This document shows, one piece after another, positions 29,003 through 34,896 of a DNA stretch of 34,896 nt. The position numbers and the translations under genes are program-made. Source of the stretch: a virus (Duplodnaviria > Heunggongvirae > Uroviricota > Caudoviricetes); IMG/VR virus record IMGVR_UViG_2548877009_000017, positions 1 to 34,896 of that record, one strand, 5' to 3'. A model generated the notes under the pieces. The model was given only the letters and a program-made list of their open reading frames with translations, did not search any database and was not told where the DNA came from. Every line of letters starts with the position of its first letter. Positions within the stretch are counted from its first letter, which is position 1.

Positions 29003-29087
29003 CCTATAATCCCGGCAGCAATAGCTATCGGGATCCACTTCACATATCCCGCATAAAAAGCACTGAACAAGCAGACACCGAAAAAAT

Positions 29088-29174
29088 AAATATCCTTTGT
29101 ATTCATTTGCTTATCATTATTTCACCAAAAATAAATACCTTGGGTATTTACACAATAAAATACCTACCGTATTC
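29088..29174. promoter_or_regulatory. Candidate OL operators (three AATAC-N5-GTATT palindromes)
   Basis: AAATATcctttGTATTC (29088-29104), AAATACcttggGTATTT (29133-29149), AAATACctaccGTATTC (29158-29174). Confidence 0.5.
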
Positions 29175-29175
29175 T
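29147..29175 (+). promoter_or_regulatory. Candidate pL promoter
   Basis: TTTACA (-35, 29147-29152) - 17 nt - TATTCT (-10, 29170-29175), overlapping the last two OL palindromes. Confidence 0.45.
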
Positions 29176-29576
29176 TTAGCCATCAGCAGGACGCTGGAAG
29201 CCAAACGGAACAGCTTGGCAGGCTCTTTAACATTGATGGGATTGTCCCGCCGAAATGCGGGAACCAAAGAGTAGTTGGCTTTGGGGTGACGTGAAGTGCA
29301 GCTGCACGACGGCAACCGGAAGATAAGCACCCGGCGCGTCACCGCCAAAGTCAATTCCATAGGCGTTATGCAGCCGCCACCATATTCAAGAAAGCTGCAC
29401 AAGAGGTAGGAGGATTTATGTGAATACTTACATTCAATTGAGAGATTAATTAAATAGAACTGATCGAGCAGAGTCCATAAAGGCTCATAAATGCTCTTCC
29501 ATCCCCGTCTAATTGGCGGGGAAGGAAACCACTTTGTAATAAAAAAAATTCCAAAGTTGTTTCATCGGAGGTCAAC

Positions 29577-29876
29577 ATGACAGTGGTCATTACATATCTG
29601 GCTGACGATAACGCCAGAAATCGCCGCAGAGCACGCAGACAGGCTCAACGTGAACAGGCAATGCAAGAGCAGCGACTGGCGCGAAAAATTGCGCTAAAGC
29701 TCTCTGGTTGCGTCAGAGCAGATAAAGCAGCATCACTCGGAAGCCTTCGCTGCAAGAAGGCAGAAGAAGTCGAGCGTAAACAGAACCGTATTTACTACCG
29801 CAAGCCACGCAGTGAAATGGGTGTGACTTGTGTTGGTCGCCAGAAAATGAAATTAGGCAGCAAACCACTTATTTGA
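29577..29876 (+). CDS. N-like antitermination protein
   Basis: 99 aa with N-terminal arginine-rich motif DNARNRRRARRQAQREQ; first gene downstream of OL/pL; GGAGG before ATG. Confidence 0.55.
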   Translation: MTVVITYLADDNARNRRRARRQAQREQAMQEQRLARKIALKLSGCVRADKAASLGSLRCKKAEEVERKQNRIYYRKPRSEMGVTCVGRQKMKLGSKPLI

Positions 29877-29884
29877 GGTGATAT

Positions 29885-30355
29885 ATGACAAAATCATGGA
29901 GCGTACCTTTTCCTGAATCAGAAACTGAACATGATGGAATGCCTGTTTTCTGGAGATTCCAAGCGACAGTTGAAGAAGATGGAATCAAAATATTCGCACT
30001 TCAATATATAGCTTTTCATCAGACAGAGCATTATGCATGGTTGGTTCCTGCGCATTGGATTGTTAATTTTAAACCAGCACCAAATCAGTGGTTACAGGAA
30101 TGGAAACAAAGGAGAAATAGATATGCAATTAAGAAAGTAGCAAAAAATGCAGAAAGATCTTTTGCATTCCCGACGAAGAAACTTGCCATTGAAAGTTTAT
30201 TGCGCCGGAAGAAATACCATTTGATGAGAATCAAACAAGATTTGGCTGTTGTATCAACTCTTGTTGATGGGATGAAGAATATTGATACATCAACACCAGG
30301 TATTGAATATAACTTTGGACACAACCAAGAAACAGAAAACTGGGTGTTTTATTAG
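29885..30355 (+). CDS. Hypothetical protein, AT-rich moron-like gene
   Basis: 156-aa soluble protein with no recognised motifs; visibly lower GC than neighbours; GAGGTGA before ATG. Confidence 0.55.
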   Translation: MTKSWSVPFPESETEHDGMPVFWRFQATVEEDGIKIFALQYIAFHQTEHYAWLVPAHWIVNFKPAPNQWLQEWKQRRNRYAIKKVAKNAERSFAFPTKKLAIESLLRRKKYHLMRIKQDLAVVSTLVDGMKNIDTSTPGIEYNFGHNQETENWVFY

Positions 30356-30459
30356 TACGAATAAGCACTGTGTATTCATTCCAACGAGTGAATACACGGA
30401 GCAATGTCGCTCGTAACTAAACAGGAGCCGACTTGTTCTGATTATTGGAAATCTTCTTT

Positions 30460-30485
30460 GCCCTCCAGTGTGAGGGCTTTTTTAT
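30460..30485 (+). terminator. Intrinsic terminator downstream of the AT-rich ORF
   Basis: GCCCTC-cagtgt-GAGGGC hairpin followed by TTTTTTAT; a second 9-bp hairpin gtgtattca/tgaatacac lies at 30369-30396. Confidence 0.55.
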
Positions 30486-30549
30486 ATGCATACCAATAAC
30501 GCTTCACTCGAGGCGTTTTCGTTATGCAATCAAACAGAAGGAGCATCCT

Positions 30550-30720
30550 ATGCAACAGTTCGCTATTGCAGGGGCGGCATCGGTTCGCCCTTTCAACCCG
30601 ATTTTATCGGTACAGCATTCACGAAAAAACATTTTAACCGGAGCAGACTTTAAACAACCAAGAATGAAAAGCTTGCTCGAAAAGCTTTGGGATATTTTGA
30701 AACAACAAGGCCGTCCATGA
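30550..30720 (+). CDS. cIII: CIII-like protein
   Basis: 56 aa MQQFAIAGAAS...LLEKLWDILKQQGRP parallels lambda CIII (MQYAIAGW...LIDILNQPG); AAGGAG before ATG. Confidence 0.6.
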   Translation: MQQFAIAGAASVRPFNPILSVQHSRKNILTGADFKQPRMKSLLEKLWDILKQQGRP

Positions 30721-30875
30721 GTTTTACGGATAACTTGTCAGACGAAGAATTCATTCGTCAGATAAAAGAATTAATCGGTAACGAAGGAGATATTCATGTC
30801 ACTTGCAACCACAGTGAAGGAGAGCAAGTTACAGAGACGCATGTACACGCAGAAAGCTCTCTGGTATCGCCATAA
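30717..30875 (+). CDS. Hypothetical small acidic protein
   Basis: 52-aa ORF with ATGA overlap onto cIII-like stop. Confidence 0.4.
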   Translation: MSFTDNLSDEEFIRQIKELIGNEGDIHVTCNHSEGEQVTETHVHAESSLVSP

Positions 30876-30976
30876 TGGTGACCGCGAAGGAATGCGGGTA
30901 TGCCTTAATTTGTCCCGAGTCGAAGTATTAAATCAGCGTTATTTCCTTGGGCCGTGTCCATTCTGAGAGCAATCAT

Positions 30977-31582
30977 ATGAGCAAAGAATTTTACGCAAGA
31001 CTGGCAGCTATTCAGGAGAATCTGAACGCGCCAAAGAATCAGTACAACTCATTCGGCAAATATAAATACAGAAGCTGCGAAGATATTCTTGAAGGCGTTA
31101 AGCCGTTACTGAACGGTCTGTTTTTATCAATCAGCGATGAAGTTGTGTTGATTGGTGATCGGTATTACGTGAAAGCCACGGCAACTATTACCGATGGCGA
31201 AAACAGTCATACGGCAACCGCTCTTGCACGAGAGGAAGAAAGCAAGAAAGGAATGGATTCTGCACAAGTTACGGGAGCTACAAGCTCTTATGCACGCAAG
31301 TATTGCCTCAATGGTTTGTTCGGCATTGATGATGCGAAAGATGCAGATACAGACGAGCATAAACATCAGCAGAACGCAGCAGCAAAGCAATCAAAACCAT
31401 CACTTACACCTGAACAGGTTCTAAAAGCATTCACTGACGCAGCAATGCAGAAAAACACCGTAGAAGAGCTTAAACAGGCGTTCGCCAAAGCGTGGAAGAT
31501 GCTCGAAGGGACGCCGGAGCAGCACAAAGCGCAGGACGTTTACAACATCAGACGAGACGAATTAGAAGGGGCAACTGCTTAA
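30977..31582 (+). CDS. erf: Erf single-strand annealing recombinase
   Basis: MSKEFYARLAAIQENLNAPKNQYNSFGKYKYRSCEDILEGVKPLL... closely parallels P22 Erf. Confidence 0.85.
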   Translation: MSKEFYARLAAIQENLNAPKNQYNSFGKYKYRSCEDILEGVKPLLNGLFLSISDEVVLIGDRYYVKATATITDGENSHTATALAREEESKKGMDSAQVTGATSSYARKYCLNGLFGIDDAKDADTDEHKHQQNAAAKQSKPSLTPEQVLKAFTDAAMQKNTVEELKQAFAKAWKMLEGTPEQHKAQDVYNIRRDELEGATA

Positions 31583-31965
31583 TGGCACATTCGATTACAG
31601 TAAGACTAAACAAACCCGCAAGAGAGTTTCAGGGCGGGGAAAATATCGGATTCAACATCCGTGCTGGCGTTCAGTATTACGATCGCCAGACAAAAAAGAA
31701 AGAATGGACAAACTACAGCGCCGTTGTATTTGCCAAGCCGGGAGCGCAAGCGGATTACTATCGTAGCGTTCTGGTTGAAGGAGGCATTGTAGAAATTACC
31801 GGAGAAAACATCAGGGTTGATGTTTATCAGGGGCAAAATGGTCAATCAATCACTCTTGAATTACTGAATGCAAAGATTGGATTTGCAACTTCAGGAAACA
31901 GCCAACAGCAGCAAAGTAGCAATCATCAAAATAATCCTGAATACGACGATTCCATCCCATTCTGA
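31582..31965 (+). CDS. Single-stranded DNA-binding protein (short SSB)
   Basis: 127 aa with OB-fold-like core and canonical acidic C-terminal tail ...PEYDDSIPF; TAATG overlap with erf stop. Confidence 0.7.
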   Translation: MAHSITVRLNKPAREFQGGENIGFNIRAGVQYYDRQTKKKEWTNYSAVVFAKPGAQADYYRSVLVEGGIVEITGENIRVDVYQGQNGQSITLELLNAKIGFATSGNSQQQQSSNHQNNPEYDDSIPF

Positions 31966-31988
31966 TTTAGAAAAATAAGGATTTAATT

Positions 31989-32285
31989 ATGCCAGCGCCT
32001 TTGTATGGTGCGGATGACCCGCGCCGCTGTTCCGGCAATTCCGTATCGGAGGTGCTGGATAAATTCAGAAAAAACTACGATCGAATAATGTCTCTACCGC
32101 AGGAAACGAAAGAGGAAAAGGAATTTCGCCACTGTATATGGCTTGCAGAGAAAGAAGAACGCGAGCGAATTTACCAGACATCAATCCGACCATTCCGCAA
32201 AGCCACATATACCCACTTCCCTGAATATATCGACCCGCGCCTGCGTAATTACCGCTCACGCTATGGCGCTATCAGTAATGACTGA
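31989..32285 (+). CDS. Hypothetical protein (in the position of P22 abc2)
   Basis: 98-aa ORF with AAGGA before ATG. Confidence 0.45.
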   Translation: MPAPLYGADDPRRCSGNSVSEVLDKFRKNYDRIMSLPQETKEEKEFRHCIWLAEKEERERIYQTSIRPFRKATYTHFPEYIDPRLRNYRSRYGAISND

Positions 32286-32379
32286 GGAATTTACCATGAG
32301 AGGACTTGCTTAAGAGAAAGAGTTTCGGTTCTGTTAATGACAACAAATATCTGAATGCGATGTGGCGGAGTGGGAAGAA

Positions 32380-32778
32380 ATGAAACAAATGTCACTAATT
32401 GAGATGGATGGATTTCTGAAAGGTAAATGCATCCCACGAGATTTAAAGGTTAACGAAACAAACGCTGAATATCTGGTGCGTAAATTTGCTGAAGCGGAGG
32501 CCAAGTGCGCGGCGCTGGCTGCTGAAGTTGAGGCTGTGAAATCAGCACATCAAGATGCTGTAAACACCATCTTGTATACCGCCAATCGAACGGGTGTTTT
32601 ATACACAGAGAAGACAATTCAAATGTCCTGCAAAACCCCGGCCACCGACGCCTTCCTGGCTGAAGTGCGGGCGCAAGGGGTAGAGATGATGCGCGAACAT
32701 CCATCAATCAAACTTTGCTCTTTGACGCACATATGTGACGAGTTAGCCGCCCAGCTTCGCAAAGGAGGCAACCAATGA
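32380..32778 (+). CDS. Hypothetical protein
   Basis: 132 aa from ATG 32380 (track start 32362 is GTG); GGAG upstream. Confidence 0.45.
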   Translation: MKQMSLIEMDGFLKGKCIPRDLKVNETNAEYLVRKFAEAEAKCAALAAEVEAVKSAHQDAVNTILYTANRTGVLYTEKTIQMSCKTPATDAFLAEVRAQGVEMMREHPSIKLCSLTHICDELAAQLRKGGNQ

Positions 32779-33380
32779 GCAAGATTGACTATCAGGCACT
32801 GCGTGAAAAGGCAGAGAAAGCAACGAGTGGTGTGTGGTCGCTCGAATATGGAGAGGAGGGATTTGATGGTGATGATGCACTAATTCATCGCGAGGCTGCT
32901 GGATATATTCCCATTTGCAGAATTGAAGGAGCACATCCAGAAAGCGGTTTCGATGAAGATTTCCAAATGGAACAGCAGGCCAATGCTGAATTCATCGCCG
33001 CAGCCAATCCGGCTACCGTCTTGGCGCTGCTGGATGAGCTGGAAGCAGCAGAGAAGCGAAACGCTGAATTACAAAGCGAGAATGCATACATCCGCAACCG
33101 GTACAAAGAACTGGACCTATTAATCGGGAAAAACATTCTGGTCATGCAGGCTGCCATTATCGAATGGCAGGCAACTGGCGACGCTAAGAGCGGACTGGCA
33201 TGGATTTATAACACACTGTTTGGCCCTGGCGAATTACCGGACGAATCTGAGAAAGATGCTCAGGCCTACTTTAATCGCAAATATGCACCGATTGACGAAA
33301 AGCTTATGGCGCTTCACAAGTGGTTTTGGGAACAAAGTGAAGCCGAGCGCGCCGCTGGCATCAAGGAGGAGTCTGAGTGA
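32775..33380 (+). CDS. Ead/Ea22-like protein
   Basis: N-terminus MSKIDYQALREKAEKATSGVWSLEY typical of Ead/Ea22-like family; coiled-coil centre. Confidence 0.6.
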   Translation: MSKIDYQALREKAEKATSGVWSLEYGEEGFDGDDALIHREAAGYIPICRIEGAHPESGFDEDFQMEQQANAEFIAAANPATVLALLDELEAAEKRNAELQSENAYIRNRYKELDLLIGKNILVMQAAIIEWQATGDAKSGLAWIYNTLFGPGELPDESEKDAQAYFNRKYAPIDEKLMALHKWFWEQSEAERAAGIKEESE

Positions 33381-33871
33381 TGGTCATTTCACCTATAACG
33401 CTGAAAGCGGCGCAGGAATTTATCGCACAGCACCACCGACACAATAAACCACCAGTGGGGCATAAATTCAGCATTGGTCTGAGAAATAATGCCGGAGAAT
33501 TGATAGGTGTGGCGACAGCTGGTCGACCTGTTGCACGACATTTGGACGATGGATTAACGCTTGAAGTAAATCGCACATGTACCACAGGAGAACGCAACGC
33601 TAACAGCGCGCTTTATGGTGCTGTCTGGCGGGCAGCAAAAGCTATGGGTTATCAACGTTGTATTACGTACACCCAGGCAGATGAATCAGGAGCATCTCTT
33701 CGCGCAGCTGGTTTTGTTCGTGTGAAAGAGCTTCCTCCAAGAAAAAGCTGGGCGGAATCAAGCGTCGCCCTGCGGAGTAAACGCGATCCGGTCGGAAACG
33801 GTGGTATTCCTCGTGTGCTCTGGGAAATCAGGAGAATGAGTACCACTGGCATTCGCACCAAAGGAGAGTGA
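33380..33871 (+). CDS. Hypothetical protein
   Basis: 163-aa ORF from ATG 33380 overlapping the preceding stop; no confident family assignment. Confidence 0.45.
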   Translation: MVISPITLKAAQEFIAQHHRHNKPPVGHKFSIGLRNNAGELIGVATAGRPVARHLDDGLTLEVNRTCTTGERNANSALYGAVWRAAKAMGYQRCITYTQADESGASLRAAGFVRVKELPPRKSWAESSVALRSKRDPVGNGGIPRVLWEIRRMSTTGIRTKGE

Positions 33872-33872
33872 T

Positions 33873-34406
33873 ATGAGCGCTATAACCAAAGAACGTATCA
33901 AATTATTCATTAAAAATCCGCTTGATAACGGACTTACTCGTGGCGAACAAATGGAACTGGCACGGATTGCGCTGGCATCGCTGGAAGCAGAGCCTGTAAG
34001 CCAAACTTACAACTTGCCAGAATTAATCGAAGGCATGGAAGTTTCCATTGATGTAAGCACTTGTGATGCTGATTTAGGTAATCGCTATTTCGGCACCGTC
34101 ACCGAGGCGTTAGAACTTGATACAGCCAAGAATGGTTACATCCTCCTGGTTCAGGACGCAGAGCCAAACTTCGATGTAAATGGCAACTCTCCGGTAACTC
34201 CGGATGGTTGGATAAGCTGTAGTGAGCGAATGCCGAAAGGGTATGCTGATGTGTTAGTGACCGACGGAGAGCATGTCGAGGTTAAATGGTGGGATGAATC
34301 TGGGTATTGGAATAGTTGGACGGAACTTAACTCAGATATCTTTGCCGATGAAATAACTCACTGGATGCCGCTACCAGAACCGCCGCAGGAGGTTAACCGT
34401 GGCTAA
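33873..34406 (+). CDS. DUF551-type protein
   Basis: C-terminal ITHWMPLPEPP motif typical of DUF551 domain; 177 aa. Confidence 0.55.
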   Translation: MSAITKERIKLFIKNPLDNGLTRGEQMELARIALASLEAEPVSQTYNLPELIEGMEVSIDVSTCDADLGNRYFGTVTEALELDTAKNGYILLVQDAEPNFDVNGNSPVTPDGWISCSERMPKGYADVLVTDGEHVEVKWWDESGYWNSWTELNSDIFADEITHWMPLPEPPQEVNRG

Positions 34407-34467
34407 CCTGCAACTTGCCGTAAAAGGTGAATAACAATCCTCGCACTCGCGGGGATTTCTTTTATAT

Positions 34468-34493
34468 GAACTCGCTACGGCGAGTTTTGTTTT
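34468..34493 (+). terminator. Intrinsic terminator
   Basis: AACTCGC-tacg-GCGAGTT hairpin followed by TTTGTTTT. Confidence 0.5.
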
Positions 34494-34506
34494 ATGGAGA
34501 TGATAA

Positions 34507-34676
34507 ATGCACTTCCGAGTCACAGGTGAATGGAATGGAGAACCATTCAACAGAGTTATCGAAGCAGAGAACATCAATGACTGCTATGACCACTGGATGA
34601 TATGGGCGCAGATAGCACATGCAGACGTAACCAATATTCGAATTGAAGAACTGAAAGAACACCATGCCGCCTGATG
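34507..34676 (+). CDS. Hypothetical small protein
   Basis: 55-aa ORF (MHFRVTGEWNGEPFNRVIEAENINDCYDHWMIWAQIAHADVTNIRIEELKEHHAA) with GGAG upstream; below ORF-track cutoff. Confidence 0.4.
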
Positions 34677-34691
34677 GCGGTTTCTTTTTGC
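34668..34691 (+). terminator. Intrinsic terminator overlapping the stop of the 55-aa ORF
   Basis: GCCGCC-tgat-GGCGGT hairpin followed by TTCTTTTT. Confidence 0.5.
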
Positions 34692-34704
34692 CTGGAGAAT
34701 TAAG

Positions 34705-34896
34705 ATGACCGATACCAGCCTGATTCCTGAGAAAGAAGTGATGAACAAGCTCGGTGTTTCATCACGTCAGACAATCTGGAACTATACCAAACGGCACGGA
34801 TTTCCGAAGCCAGTCAGAACCCACCCCAAATCATACCTTCGTGAAGCTGTTGATGGGTGGATTCTTAACGGTGGCGTTAATCAGAAATGCTCCTGA
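34705..34896 (+). CDS. xis: Excisionase-like DNA-binding protein (AlpA/Xis HTH family)
   Basis: 63 aa with GVSSRQTIWNYTKRHGFPKPV HTH-like segment; last gene before the window end where an integrase would be expected. Confidence 0.55.
   Translation: MTDTSLIPEKEVMNKLGVSSRQTIWNYTKRHGFPKPVRTHPKSYLREAVDGWILNGGVNQKCS

Noticed and set aside
29097-29402. Track ORFs 29097..29294 (+) and 29148..29402 (-) in the OL/pL leader region
   Set aside because: They overlap the operator/promoter palindromes and each other, with no RBS or recognisable protein features; treated as non-coding regulatory DNA
34371-34577. 68-aa minus-strand ORF between DUF551 gene and xis
   Set aside because: Opposite to the operon direction and spans two plus-strand terminator hairpins; the plus-strand 55-aa ORF with an RBS fits better
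1-34896. Integrase, attL/attR or other mobile-element boundaries
   Set aside because: None seen inside the window; the xis-like gene ends at the last base and oac starts at the first, so int and att are presumably just outside and cannot be annotated here

Overview
This 34.9 kb window is a nearly complete P22-family lambdoid prophage/phage genome in reverse orientation, most like the Shigella/E. coli Sf6 group, with integrase and att sites outside the window. All protein family calls are from reading the ORF translations against remembered phage proteins; no database search was run. Left to right: an AT-rich O-antigen acyltransferase gene (serotype-conversion moron) convergent with the tailspike; mnt; then one long minus-strand late operon (three ejection proteins, tail needle, gp10/gp4-like, coat, scaffold, portal, TerL, TerS). 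Next come a few unknown small genes, the lysis cassette (S, R, Rz/Rz1), two tRNA genes, Q, phosphatase, the nin cluster, a DnaB-type helicase and an O-like initiator with internal iterons. The immunity region follows (cII with oop antisense RNA and pRE, cro, divergent cI with candidate operators), then the plus-strand early-left operon (N-like, cIII-like, erf, SSB-like, Ea22-like, DUF551, xis). The genome is mosaic: cII, NinE/F/G, S and R look essentially lambda-identical, while the structural module is Sf6/P22-like. I found no CRISPR array, transposon or recognisable defence system. The best candidates for uncharacterised accessory functions are a small membrane protein directly after cI (rexAB position), an AT-rich 156-aa ORF just after N, a tiny hydrophobic ORF after the orphan mnt, and an antisense gene pair embedded in the late operon.
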